Source: Elusimicrobia bacterium GWA2_51_34 (GTDB taxonomy: Bacteria > Elusimicrobiota > Elusimicrobia > Elusimicrobiales > UBA9959). Taken from it: DNA of 64,000 bases. Both the position numbers and the translations under genes were made by a program. Under the pieces are notes generated by a model. That model saw nothing but the letters and a program-made list of their open reading frames with translations, was not told where the DNA came from and did not search any database. Positions 42,716-52,435 of the stretch are shown here, piece after piece; within the stretch, counting starts at the first letter, position 1, and each line of letters starts with the position of its first letter. The stretch covers positions 23,344 through 87,343 of the forward strand of contig MGTS01000018.1 of NCBI GenBank assembly GCA_001799565.1, read 5' to 3'.

Positions 42716-43672
42716 ATGAAAATTGTAAAAGCCACGCCGGTAAATATTAAAAAAGCCGCCGCCTCTATACGGCGCGGCGGAGTTGTGGCTTTTCCCACGG
42801 AAACCGTTTACGGCCTGGGGGCCGACGGCTTTAACCCCGAAGCCTGCGCGCGGATTTTTGAAATTAAAAAAAGGCCTCGCTTTGACCCGCTTATTCTGCA
42901 CGCCGCATCGCTTGGTCAGGCTAAAAAACTTTTTTCGAAAATACCTAAACCGGCGCTTAAACTGATGAAAAAATTCTGGCCGGGGCCGCTTACTCTGGTT
43001 TTAGCAAAGACAAAAGCCGTGCCCGGCATTGTTACAGCCGGCCTTGACACCGTGGCTGTGCGCGTGCCGGCTCACCCTATGGCGTTAAAGCTTATAAAAC
43101 TCTCCGGCCGGCCCATAGCGGCGCCCAGCGCCAACCTTTTCGGACGGCTCAGCCCCACAACCGCCCGTCATGTAAAAAACCAGCTTGGAAACGGCCCGGA
43201 CATTATTCTTGACGGGGGAAAAGCCGGCGTGGGAGTGGAGTCCACCATAATAGCTTTCATAGGCGCGAAACCCGTGCTGCTGCGGCCGGGGGGGCTTGCC
43301 GTTGAAAAGATAGAAAAAATAGTAGGAAAATTATTTACCCCGGCCCGCGGCGCGAAAAAACCAATCGCGCCCGGCGGCTTGAAAAAGCATTACTCCCCTG
43401 CCGTAAAACTGAAACTGGTGAATAATGAAAGCAGCGCCCGGCCCGGCCCGCGCTCGGCTTACCTGGCCTTCTCAAAACTGCCGCCCGGAAAATATAAAAA
43501 AACGGAATTACTTTCCGCCAAAGGAGACCTGCGCGAGGCGGCGGCCAACCTGTTTAAATGCCTTCACTCTCTGGAAAGAAAGGGAGTTGGAGTTATTTAC
43601 GCGGAACGTGTACCCCGCCATGGCCTCGGCCTGGCCATAATGGACAGGCTCAAGAGGGGGGCACAGCATTAG
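42716..43672 (+). CDS. tsaC: L-threonylcarbamoyladenylate synthase (TsaC/Sua5 family, long form with Sua5 C-domain)
   Basis: VVAFPTETVYGLGADG...KKRPRFDPLILH...AAPSANLFGRLSPT, 318 aa. Confidence 0.88.
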   Translation: MKIVKATPVNIKKAAASIRRGGVVAFPTETVYGLGADGFNPEACARIFEIKKRPRFDPLILHAASLGQAKKLFSKIPKPALKLMKKFWPGPLTLVLAKTKAVPGIVTAGLDTVAVRVPAHPMALKLIKLSGRPIAAPSANLFGRLSPTTARHVKNQLGNGPDIILDGGKAGVGVESTIIAFIGAKPVLLRPGGLAVEKIEKIVGKLFTPARGAKKPIAPGGLKKHYSPAVKLKLVNNESSARPGPRSAYLAFSKLPPGKYKKTELLSAKGDLREAAANLFKCLHSLERKGVGVIYAERVPRHGLGLAIMDRLKRGAQH

Positions 43673-43701
43673 CCCGAAAAATTTAATTTAATTTTTCGGG
43701 C
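43672..43701 (+). terminator. AT-rich hairpin immediately after tsaC (possible terminator)
   Basis: gcccgaaaaatt-taattt-aatttttcgggc. There is no clear downstream T-run. Confidence 0.4.
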
Positions 43702-43702
43702 T

Positions 43703-43735
43703 AGTCACAAGTTGCAAGTCACAGGTCACAAGCAA
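43703..43735. repeat. 33-nt dispersed repeat (copy 2, inverted)
   Basis: gtcacaagttgcaagtcacaggtcacaagcaag is the reverse complement of 14946-14978 with one mismatch. Confidence 0.85.
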
Positions 43736-43837
43736 GATACAGGAGCGTAAAAACGTAGGTTTTGTGGAAGCGAAGCGAAAGAAATCAGACACGACATTCC
43801 ACCTCTACTTCGCTATTTCGCTATTTCGCTATCTTTT

Positions 43838-45145
43838 ATGAAAAAAATTGAAGCGGCTTTGACGGTAATACGGCATTTTATACAAACAGAACCCGCCCGT
43901 GCCGCGGAGGCTTTGGAAACTTTGGCGCCGGTAGACGCCGTGCGCATACTCGGGCTTTTACCTGAAGCCGCGGCGGCGGCTTTACTGGAAAGCCAGCAGC
44001 CGCAGAAAGCCGCGCGCCTGCTGGCCCGCCTGCAGGTTCAACGCGCAGCTTCTTTAACGCAGCGCCTGAGCCCCAGGCACGCCGGCGCCGTGCTGGGCCG
44101 TATGCCGGAAAAGGCCGCGCGGCGCGTAATAGCCATCCTCCCCAAAGAGCTGACATCCGGCATAAGCGAGACGCTTGCTTATCCGGCTCAAAGCGCGGGC
44201 CGTCTGATGCACGGAGATTTTCTTTCTTTCAGAACGGGACTTAAAGTTGAAGAAGTTATAGGCCGCCTGCGCCAGCTTGCGCACACCCAGGTGCCGCTAA
44301 GTTACTGTTATGTGGTAGACGAAAGCGCCCGCCTGGTAGGAGTTCTGAATATGCGCGATCTGCTGCTGGCAGATGGCGCGGCCGCGGTGGAAACCGTAAT
44401 GCTCACCAAAGTCATCAAGGTTTCGCCTTTTACCGACAGGGAAGAACTGGTGGCGCTGTTCGCTAAAAAACATTATCTGACCATACCGGTAACCGACACC
44501 GACGGCAGACTTTTGGGCGTGGTGCCCACAGCAAACATAATTGAAAGCACCGAAGAAGAAGCCAGCGAAGACCTGCAGATACTCTTCGGCGCCAGCGCCG
44601 AAGAACGCGCGTTTTCACCCGCATGGTTCAAAATAACCCACCGTCTGCCCTGGCTTACCATAAACCTTTTCACGGGTTTCCTGGCGGGCGCGGTGGTGGC
44701 TATTTTTGAAGATTTAATCGCCAGGGCGGCGGTGCTGGCGATTTTTCTGCCCATTATAGCGGGGCAGGGCGGAAACGCCGGCACGCAGACGCTGGCGGTG
44801 GTAATACGCGGGATGCTGATGCGCGAAGTTTCGCCGCTGAACGCCTGGCGCCTTGTTAAAACCGAGGTATTCGCAGGGGTTGTAAACGGTTTTGCCACCG
44901 GCGCGCTTATGGCGCTGGCGGCCTGGTTATGGAAGGGAAGCCCGTTTATAGGAGTTATCTCGGGTATTGCCATGGTAGTGACTATGGCGGCCGCGGGCTT
45001 ATCCGGCGCGCTTATTCCGCTTACCATGAAACGCTTCGGCTACGATCCCGCGCATTCTTCCGGCATTTTCGTCACCACCGTAACGGATATAACGGGTTTT
45101 TTCTCTTTCCTGGGTCTGGCCTGGCTTTTCCGTGGTTGGCTGTGA
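43838..45145 (+). CDS. mgtE: Magnesium transporter MgtE
   Basis: 435 aa with an N-domain, CBS pair and TM domain carrying PIIAGQGGNAGTQT and TTVTDITGF. Confidence 0.92.
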   Translation: MKKIEAALTVIRHFIQTEPARAAEALETLAPVDAVRILGLLPEAAAAALLESQQPQKAARLLARLQVQRAASLTQRLSPRHAGAVLGRMPEKAARRVIAILPKELTSGISETLAYPAQSAGRLMHGDFLSFRTGLKVEEVIGRLRQLAHTQVPLSYCYVVDESARLVGVLNMRDLLLADGAAAVETVMLTKVIKVSPFTDREELVALFAKKHYLTIPVTDTDGRLLGVVPTANIIESTEEEASEDLQILFGASAEERAFSPAWFKITHRLPWLTINLFTGFLAGAVVAIFEDLIARAAVLAIFLPIIAGQGGNAGTQTLAVVIRGMLMREVSPLNAWRLVKTEVFAGVVNGFATGALMALAAWLWKGSPFIGVISGIAMVVTMAAAGLSGALIPLTMKRFGYDPAHSSGIFVTTVTDITGFFSFLGLAWLFRGWL

Positions 45146-45169
45146 AAAATTAAAAAATTGCCATAAAAC

Positions 45170-45306
45170 ATGCGGCTGTTCCAGCCGCGCCATAAGCCGT
45201 AAGTTCTTAGATAAGGCTATTGCCATATGGGCGCTGCGCCCGCCATATGCTTTGTAGGCCATATGGTTAAAAGCTTATGGCATACGGCTTACGGCCTATG
45301 GCAGTC
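45170..45306. repeat. ~150-nt dispersed element, copy B (inverted relative to copy A)
   Basis: See 36872-37024. It shows 96 nt with 2 mismatches, a 39-nt identical block, and one ~17-nt indel between the blocks. Confidence 0.9.
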
Positions 45307-45347
45307 TTTCTGCCTATGGCTTATGGCCGAAAGCTTACGGCTATTTG

Positions 45348-47318
45348 TTAACACTTATAGTATTTAAACACTTCCGCCATGAACAGGAACTGCGCCGCGT
45401 GGGCGGCGGCCGGTTTTGGCAGTGAAATCTTAACCCTTGAGCGGTATTCGTTCAGGCGCTGGCTGAAAGCGGCGGCCGCTTCTTTTTCCGTAACCTTAAG
45501 TTTTTCAAAATCCAGTATCAGTTTAACTTTTGTTTCCTTCAGATAAACCCTTAATTCTTCGGCCAGTTTCTCTCCCTGGTACCGGTCAAGCGCGCCCTCA
45601 AGGCGCACCCGCAACTGGTTCTTGCGGCCGTCGTACTGCTCTATCAGTATGGTCAGTTTTTGCGGCACGTTGTAAGCGGCTACGCGGCCCGCCAGCCATT
45701 CGCGGCTGAACTGCGGCGGCGGCATGCGCCAGGTCAGGCGCGTAAGCCCGGGGTTCTGAAACAGGTTGAAGCGCAGCTTGAAAGAAGTCCAGAGCGCCGC
45801 GCCTACCGCGCCCCAGGCCAGAGCCTTATCCGCGAAAGACGGCCGCCCCAGGGCGGCGTAAACCTTTTTCTTAAGGCGGTGCACTATGGCGCGCGCGCGC
45901 AGCGAGGGGCCGAACAATTCTCCCGCCAGGAAAACGGGATAGCCTTTGCGCACTTCGGCGGCGTAACGCTCGGCCTTCATCCTCAGGAAAGGGTTCGGGG
46001 AATCCTTGTGTTTAAGGTAGCCGGTAAGCAGCGAGTCGGCCACGCGGTAAATGGAGGGGCCCAGCTCGCGGAAGTCGGTCTTAAAACAGTACTGCTGGGA
46101 ATTTTCTATTTCCGCCGCGGTCATGCGGGGATGTTCCAGCAGCGACTTAAAACCGCTGGCCGCTTTCCAGTATTTGGCGGGATTCTCGGCGTATTCCTGC
46201 CGCAAAAGGCCGCCCATGCGCACCTTTTCATAAAGCGGAGTGCCGGGATTCGGATTATAGATCATGAACTGGCAGAGGTCCGGCTTCATAGCCAGCAGTT
46301 TCTTAAGCTCGCCCCGGATTATGCCGGTAGTCTGATAATCAAAACCCACTATCATGGAGGCCAGTATCATTACGCCGTTTTCCTTAAGGTCCTTAAAGAT
46401 CTCCTCGGCGGTCCTGCCGGCGCGCTTATCATAACCCGAGCGTTCACCCTCGTAGCCTATCCATACGCCGTCCACGCCCATTTCAAGCAGTTCTTCGCTC
46501 CGGTAAAGGCTTAGCGCCTTAATGCTCGCGAACGCGAAAATTGAAAGCGGTTTGCCGCCCGCAACCACGCAGTCGCGAAACTCAAGCGCGCGCTTGCGGT
46601 CCAGCAGAAACTCTTCGTCCAATATGGTGAACTGCGCGTCCGGGTTTATTTTCAAATGCTTTTTCACCACTTCGTAAACCTGCGCGCCGGTGGCAAGCAG
46701 GCGCAGATGCTGACGCTTGAAAAAATGGGAGGTGGAGCAGAAGTCGCAGCCGTTAGGGCAGCCGAGGCCGGCGAAGATCATGCCCGTGCGGGAAATTGTT
46801 TTTGAAAAGATCTGCATGCGGCTTTCTATCAGCGGATGCTTGTGCTCAGTTAGCGGAGGCTGCCCCAGCAGCTCGCGCGTGAAAGCCACGCCCTCGCCCC
46901 GGCATATATGATCGCCGAAAGGCGCAAGGGCTTCATCGGGCAGCACGGTCCCATAGCCGCCAAGGATTATTTTGCTGTTAGGGGAATACTTGCGCACCAG
47001 AACCGAAAGTTCCTTCATGCGGTGATAGGTAACCACTATAAAAGAAATCCCCACGTAATCATAACCCTTTTTAAGTTCGTTTATCAATTCCCGCCTGGAA
47101 GGGTAATGAAGCACGACGGTGGGATTATCCAGGTTTTCGGCTATATAATCCAGAGAAAACTGGCGGTGTACCGCCCTGGGGCTGAACATCCCCTGCGCCC
47201 TGGTAACCTGGGCGTGCAAAAGCTCATAACCCACGCTTTCGGCGTCGCCATAAGCCGGGCCTATGGGGCGCATAACGCTGGTCATTAAAAGTTTAGGCGC
47301 TTTGTTGTTCGCGGTCAC
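45348..47318 (-). CDS. B12-binding-domain radical SAM protein with C-terminal STAS-like extension
   Basis: 656 aa with an N-terminal B12-binding-like region, the CxxxCxxC cluster (GCPNGCDFCS) and a C-terminal ~110 aa resembling STAS (LRVRLEGALD...KLILDFEKLKV). Confidence 0.75.
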   Translation of the reverse strand: MTANNKAPKLLMTSVMRPIGPAYGDAESVGYELLHAQVTRAQGMFSPRAVHRQFSLDYIAENLDNPTVVLHYPSRRELINELKKGYDYVGISFIVVTYHRMKELSVLVRKYSPNSKIILGGYGTVLPDEALAPFGDHICRGEGVAFTRELLGQPPLTEHKHPLIESRMQIFSKTISRTGMIFAGLGCPNGCDFCSTSHFFKRQHLRLLATGAQVYEVVKKHLKINPDAQFTILDEEFLLDRKRALEFRDCVVAGGKPLSIFAFASIKALSLYRSEELLEMGVDGVWIGYEGERSGYDKRAGRTAEEIFKDLKENGVMILASMIVGFDYQTTGIIRGELKKLLAMKPDLCQFMIYNPNPGTPLYEKVRMGGLLRQEYAENPAKYWKAASGFKSLLEHPRMTAAEIENSQQYCFKTDFRELGPSIYRVADSLLTGYLKHKDSPNPFLRMKAERYAAEVRKGYPVFLAGELFGPSLRARAIVHRLKKKVYAALGRPSFADKALAWGAVGAALWTSFKLRFNLFQNPGLTRLTWRMPPPQFSREWLAGRVAAYNVPQKLTILIEQYDGRKNQLRVRLEGALDRYQGEKLAEELRVYLKETKVKLILDFEKLKVTEKEAAAAFSQRLNEYRSRVKISLPKPAAAHAAQFLFMAEVFKYYKC

Positions 47319-47415
47319 TTAGATCTCCGGATTCCCCCAGGTCCATTATATAAAATTACACAGGGTGCTTGGTATAAGCTTAAGCCCGGGCTTGATTGAA
47401 GTGCGATACGATAAA

Positions 47416-47554
47416 ATCAGCGAATAGCGAATGGTGAATAGTAAATAGTAAGATTAGAATAGCGAATGGCAAACAGCGAAGAATTGGAAAGAAGTAATTA
47501 GTTAAGTTTTTCCGGTTCCCGCTATTCGCCATTCGCTATTTACTATTCGCTGAT
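47416..47554. repeat. Word-repeat hairpin, GCGAATAG/GTAAATAG word family
   Basis: atcagcgaatagcgaatggtgaatagtaaatag ... cgctattcgccattcgctatttactattcgctgat. Confidence 0.7.
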
Positions 47555-47581
47555 TGATTCACCAACAATAAGGAGTTTTAA

Positions 47582-48745
47582 ATGAAAAATTTCACTTTTT
47601 ACAACCCTGTAAAAATAATTTTTGGAAAAGGGACGATTGAAAAGATCGGAGCTGAAGCCGCCGTGCACGGCAAAACCGCCCTGCTTGTTTATGGGAAGGG
47701 CAGCATAAAAAAGAACGGTGTTTACGCCGCAGTAACCCAAAGCCTGAAGGCCTCGGGCTTGGCTTTTGTGGAACATGAAGGCGTAAAATCCAACCCCGTG
47801 CTTGCCCACACCCGTGAAGGCATAAAGAAAGCCAGGGAGAATAAATGCGATCTCGTCATCGCGGCGGGCGGCGGCAGCGTGATAGACGAATCAAAAGCCA
47901 TAGCGGCGGGCTTTAAATACAGCGGCGACGTATGGGACTTTTTCAGCGGAAAAACCGCGATAAAAGACGCCATGCCGCTGCTCACGGTGCTGACCATCCC
48001 GGCCACCGGCTCGGAGATGAATTGCGGTTTCGTAATAACTAACGAAGAAACCAGCCAGAAATTCAACGCGGCCTCGCCATGTTCTTTCCCGAAGGTCTCA
48101 ATAATGGACCCGCTTGTCACCATTACCCTGCCTAAAACGCAAACGGCCAATGGCGCGGTAGACGCTCTGGCTCATATCGTTGAAGGCTATTTCACCACCA
48201 AAGATAAAGACGCGGCAATAACCGACGAGCTGGTGCACGCCATAGCCCGCTCGGTAATAGCGGGCACGGACCGTATACTGGCAAACCCCGAAGATTACAA
48301 CGCCCGCGCCTCTATGATGTGGTCGGCCACGCTCGCCCTGAACGGCCTGCAGGCCCTGGGTTATGGCGGGGGAAGTTTTATTAACCACGCCATAGAACAT
48401 TCGCTTAGCGCGTTATACGACATAGCGCACGGCGCGGGGTTGGCCATAGTGATGCCAGCCTGGTTTAAATATGACCTGAAAATTTCGGGACCGGAGCGCC
48501 TTGCCAAATTCGGCAGGTCGGTATTCGGCGTTGCCGCGGCTTCAGACAAAGAAGCGGCGGAAAGAACTATAGCCTCTTTTGAGAAGTGGTTTTCCAAAAT
48601 AGGCGCTCCGCTGAAGCTTTCGGAGGTAAAAATACCGGCGGCGGACATCCCGAAAATAGCGGAAAACGCCATGGGACTTATAACCAAATGGGGTATAGAC
48701 TGCGACCGTACATCGGTTGAGGACATACTCCGCAAAGCGGTATAG
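47582..48745 (+). CDS. Iron-containing (group III) alcohol dehydrogenase
   Basis: 387 aa. AAGGGSVIDESKAIA and the His-rich metal site HAIEHSLSALYDIAHG. Confidence 0.9.
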   Translation: MKNFTFYNPVKIIFGKGTIEKIGAEAAVHGKTALLVYGKGSIKKNGVYAAVTQSLKASGLAFVEHEGVKSNPVLAHTREGIKKARENKCDLVIAAGGGSVIDESKAIAAGFKYSGDVWDFFSGKTAIKDAMPLLTVLTIPATGSEMNCGFVITNEETSQKFNAASPCSFPKVSIMDPLVTITLPKTQTANGAVDALAHIVEGYFTTKDKDAAITDELVHAIARSVIAGTDRILANPEDYNARASMMWSATLALNGLQALGYGGGSFINHAIEHSLSALYDIAHGAGLAIVMPAWFKYDLKISGPERLAKFGRSVFGVAAASDKEAAERTIASFEKWFSKIGAPLKLSEVKIPAADIPKIAENAMGLITKWGIDCDRTSVEDILRKAV

Positions 48746-48755
48746 TAATAAAAAC

Positions 48756-48829
48756 AGTAGACAGAAGTCAGAATTTCGGTTTTTAACTCCTGACTACTGG
48801 CTTCTGACTACTGACTTCTTTATCAACAC
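48756..48829. repeat. Word-repeat hairpin, TCAGAAG/TCAGTAG word family
   Basis: agtagacagaagtcagaatttcgg ... ctcctgactactggcttctgactactgacttc. Confidence 0.65.
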
Positions 48830-48883
48830 AATATTTTCATGAACAAAATTACCCCGCCCGTCCGCTGGTTTCCAGCCGGACTT

Positions 48884-51151
48884 TCAGAAATTCTGCACGT
48901 ATTCCAGATATTTCCGGTAAACTTTCACGGCGCGGTCGGCTGAGCGGAACACCGGCAGGCCGAGCGCCAGCGCGTGATCGCAGTACGGGTCGTAAAGCCG
49001 GCCCGAGGCCACGCAAAAAACCAAAGGTTTCTTCAAACTTTTAGCCGCGGCCGCCGCTTCCTTCAGGAAAGAGCGTTCCAAATCGTCTGGCCGACCTTCG
49101 CCCTTCGGCAGGGTATCCATGGCGGCCGTAAGCGGTATCATAGCCACAACCGCCCCGCCGAACTCTGGGGACAAAAGCGCTTTTCTTATTATTTCCCCTA
49201 TCGCCCCATCCGAAGCCATGGGGGTGATATCCATCGGATTTTTTACATCCACTATTGAGTCCAGTTTAAAATCCACAAGAACTTTTTTAAGAGCCGCTTT
49301 CAGCCCCTCATCGTCCAGATTAGCGCAAAGCCCGCCCTTAACACCGTCGGCCATGCCGGCCGCCTCAAACCCGGCGTTGCTTATAAAAAACGTGTTCCGG
49401 TTTTTTATTTCAAGACCCGCGAAATGGCAGGCCAGCAGGGCGTAATCGTTAAAATCGTCAAAGCTCTCGGCCACCAGGGCGCCTGCCGCTTCAAGAATAA
49501 TTTTTGTAACCAGATAATCGCCCGCTATTGAGGCCGTATGGCCCATCACGGCCTTCCGGCCCACAACGGTACGCCCGGCCTTGTAAAGCACCACTTGCTT
49601 TCCATTCTTGCGGGCCCTCTTTATAATGTCAGCCAAAGCCAGGCCATCGCCGTATTTAAAACCCTCAATGTAAACTAAAAGCACCTTAAGGCCTTCCTCG
49701 TCCGCGAGCGTATCCAGATAATCCGCCACGGTTATATCCTGCTGGTTGCCCACGGTTATGCTGTACGCCGGTTTAAGCCAGGGCATGCGGCTTTCCGCGG
49801 AAATTACGAACGCGCCGCTCTGGCTGACAAAGGCGGTTTTTACCATGTTAGCGTTCACGCCAAGCGGATGCGCCATTTTATACTCGGGAATAAAAAGTGT
49901 GTTTATCCTGGCTTCGTTCAAAACTATGCCCAGCGAATTGCCGCCGGAAAGAACAAAATCGGGGTTCTTCTGCCTGGCCAGCTCAACCGCCGCCGTTACG
50001 CCGCGGCCCAGGTCCTCGGACCCTTCCTTTTCGCCCATGCCGCCTGAAATAAGCACCACGCCGTTTACCTTGCCGCAGTCGCCCGCCTCGGCAAGCACCC
50101 GCGGCACCTCCGGCGAAGGAACTGCCACCACATACATATCCACGGTTTCAGGCAAAAGGGAGGGGGAAGCGAAACATTTTACTCCGTCTATCTCCCCTGC
50201 ACCGGCTTTTATAATGTAGGTATGCTCTTTGGGGAACCCGGCTTTCGCGATATTGTTAAGGATAATGCGGGCCATGTTCATTTTCTTTTCGCTCACGCCC
50301 ACCACAGCCGCGCTTGAAGGTTTTAAAAGCCCGGCTATGCCCTTTTTTGAGGGAAGGCGGCGTGAGTTGTTTTTCGCGGCGCGGAAACGAAGCACCCCGT
50401 CCAACGCCACCAGAGCGCCGTTGGAAACGGCAAGCGGGTTAACCTCAAATTCCGTTACGGCCCATTTTGACACGCCCCCGTCGCTGAAATGCTTCATAAT
50501 AAGGGTGAAAGTTTCAAGCCATTTAAAGATCTCCCCGTCCTCAGCCAGCCGTCTGCCGCCGCGCACCGAGCCGGAACAGTAACGCCACACCCAGGAACCG
50601 GAAAGGAATTTCTGCCAGCTTTTGCGGTTACAGGCAAGCTCCGCCGGCATTATGGAGGGAGAAAGCCCCTCTTTAAGCGCACGGGTAAGGTCTTCGGCGT
50701 TGGTGCCGCCCACCCCAAGGGTGATAACCGGACCGAAGGCGTCGTCCGAGCGCGCGCCCAGCATCAGCTCCTCGCCCAGCGAGAACGCGGAATGTTCGGC
50801 AAATTCAGCCGCCATAAAACCTTCGGCGTCGGGGAACGCGGCTTTCATGGCGCGCAGAGCCTGCGCCACCGCTGGAGTATCCTTTAAAATTATTTTCACG
50901 CCCCCGGACTCGGTTTTATGGAGAGTTTTAGAAGAAACCAGTTTAATCACCAGTTTGCAGCCGGAAAGCCGGGACACCGCGTCCTGCGCCGCAGTGTCAG
51001 GGTTAAAGCCCGCCGCCGGGTAGAGAATATATTCGGGAACGTTCAGATCCGCTGCTTTCAGAACCTCGTAAACTTCCGTTTCACTGAGGGAAAAACGGCC
51101 TTCAAAACCCGCCCTGTCAAATATTTTTCCTATCGCTGAAAAATCTTCCAT
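48884..51151 (-). CDS. ADP-forming acyl/acetyl-CoA synthetase family protein (ATP-grasp plus CoA-binding/ligase domains)
   Basis: 755 aa with an N-terminal ATP-grasp-like domain followed by CoA-binding and succinyl-CoA-synthetase-like flavodoxin domains (AVVGVSEK..., SGGMGE, SNAGFE). Confidence 0.75.
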   Translation of the reverse strand: MEDFSAIGKIFDRAGFEGRFSLSETEVYEVLKAADLNVPEYILYPAAGFNPDTAAQDAVSRLSGCKLVIKLVSSKTLHKTESGGVKIILKDTPAVAQALRAMKAAFPDAEGFMAAEFAEHSAFSLGEELMLGARSDDAFGPVITLGVGGTNAEDLTRALKEGLSPSIMPAELACNRKSWQKFLSGSWVWRYCSGSVRGGRRLAEDGEIFKWLETFTLIMKHFSDGGVSKWAVTEFEVNPLAVSNGALVALDGVLRFRAAKNNSRRLPSKKGIAGLLKPSSAAVVGVSEKKMNMARIILNNIAKAGFPKEHTYIIKAGAGEIDGVKCFASPSLLPETVDMYVVAVPSPEVPRVLAEAGDCGKVNGVVLISGGMGEKEGSEDLGRGVTAAVELARQKNPDFVLSGGNSLGIVLNEARINTLFIPEYKMAHPLGVNANMVKTAFVSQSGAFVISAESRMPWLKPAYSITVGNQQDITVADYLDTLADEEGLKVLLVYIEGFKYGDGLALADIIKRARKNGKQVVLYKAGRTVVGRKAVMGHTASIAGDYLVTKIILEAAGALVAESFDDFNDYALLACHFAGLEIKNRNTFFISNAGFEAAGMADGVKGGLCANLDDEGLKAALKKVLVDFKLDSIVDVKNPMDITPMASDGAIGEIIRKALLSPEFGGAVVAMIPLTAAMDTLPKGEGRPDDLERSFLKEAAAAAKSLKKPLVFCVASGRLYDPYCDHALALGLPVFRSADRAVKVYRKYLEYVQNF

Positions 51152-51197
51152 ATAAGCTCCAATAAGAAGTTAGAAGTTAAAAGTTAGAACTCAAAAC

Positions 51198-52133
51198 TCA
51201 CAACTTATCAACCTTTGCCTTTTCGGCAAAGGCAAGAACCTGCCCCCTGTTTATCACACCGGCTCCCAGGCTAAGGCAATCTGAAGCCGCAAAACCCGCG
51301 GCAAGTTTAAGCGTCTTTTTAAAATCAAAACCATTCAGGAACCCGGCTATAAAACCCGCCATGAAAGAATCACCCGCGCCTACCGGACTTGCAAGCCGCG
51401 TAAGTTTTGGCGGAATTATACGCCACAGGCCGAAACGGGAAATAGCGAAAGCGGAGTTCGCTCGGTCGGTGACAATAAGCGTTTTAAGCCCGTGTTTGGC
51501 GGCTGACTTTTCAAAAAAAGCCGCCAGGCCGCTCGCGGAAAACCCGCGGCCCGACAGCTCCTCAAATTCATACCTGTTTATTTTCACCGCGTCGGCTCCG
51601 GCGGCAAGTCCCTCTTTCAGCGCCCAGCCGCCTGCGTCAAAAACGGTAAAACAGCCTCGGGCTTTGCCCACTCGCACCATTTTTTCGTAAAAGCCTTTTT
51701 TAAGCCCGGCTGAAACCCTGCCGCATACAGCCATCACCTCAAAACCGCCAGCCATAGCGGCCAAACGCCGCAGAAAATGCTTCTGCGCCCGGATCGGCAC
51801 AACCGGCCCTTCCTCATTGAAGTCCGTGGAAAGCCCCGCGCGGTCAACAACTGAAAGGCAAACGCGCGACTCCCCATTTTTGTGCCTTACAAGGAAGGCG
51901 TCAAGCCCTTCGGCTTTAAGCGCCCGCTCTATCCATAAACCGTTAAGGCCGCTTATAAAACCCGCCACTTTCGGGCGCAAGCCCCAGGTCAGAAGCGCCC
52001 TTACCGCGTTCACGCCTTTGCCGCCCGGCGCGGTAAGCGTTTCGGAAAAGCGGTAAATACGGCCCTTCTCAAGACGCTCGGTAAGAACAGTTTTGTCAAC
52101 GGCAAGGTTAAGGTTAACTATAAGCGCTTTCAT
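51198..52133 (-). CDS. PfkB-family sugar kinase (1-phosphofructokinase / tagatose-6-phosphate kinase-like)
   Basis: 311 aa. GGKGVN near the N-terminus and the C-terminal GAGDSFMAG motif. Confidence 0.85.
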   Translation of the reverse strand: MKALIVNLNLAVDKTVLTERLEKGRIYRFSETLTAPGGKGVNAVRALLTWGLRPKVAGFISGLNGLWIERALKAEGLDAFLVRHKNGESRVCLSVVDRAGLSTDFNEEGPVVPIRAQKHFLRRLAAMAGGFEVMAVCGRVSAGLKKGFYEKMVRVGKARGCFTVFDAGGWALKEGLAAGADAVKINRYEFEELSGRGFSASGLAAFFEKSAAKHGLKTLIVTDRANSAFAISRFGLWRIIPPKLTRLASPVGAGDSFMAGFIAGFLNGFDFKKTLKLAAGFAASDCLSLGAGVINRGQVLAFAEKAKVDKL

Positions 52134-52223
52134 AATCAGTAATTACTAATTTAGCATTTTTTGCAACTGCTCAGTGAATAGGCTGCCCCGCCAAACAGCC
52201 GCCGGGTCCGCCGGTGACTCTGG

Positions 52224-52257
52224 CCTGTTCCGCTTAGGCGGACTGTCCACTACTGAG
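52224..52257. repeat. REP-like hairpin, variant with a TCCGC-TTAG-GCGGA core
   Basis: cctgttccgcttaggcggactgtccactactgag. The upstream gtgactctggc is shared with 42450-42459. Confidence 0.6.
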
Positions 52258-52435
52258 GCGGCTAGGCAGTTATAGGCTGCAGGCAAGAAGTATAAATGCA
52301 GGCTAACCCCGCACTTTGGCCCTTTTAGGAAAAAGTGCGGGGCTAACAGACTAATAGCCTGCAGCCTTCGCCATTCAGCCGACAGCCCAAACCTGAACTG
52401 ACCCGCCCTTGCTGAGTTTTGTATAATTAAAAAAT

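Noticed and set aside
45660-46514. 284-aa plus-strand ORF.
   Set aside because: It is antisense inside the radical SAM gene, has no recognisable motifs and has an Arg/Gly/Ala-rich composition.
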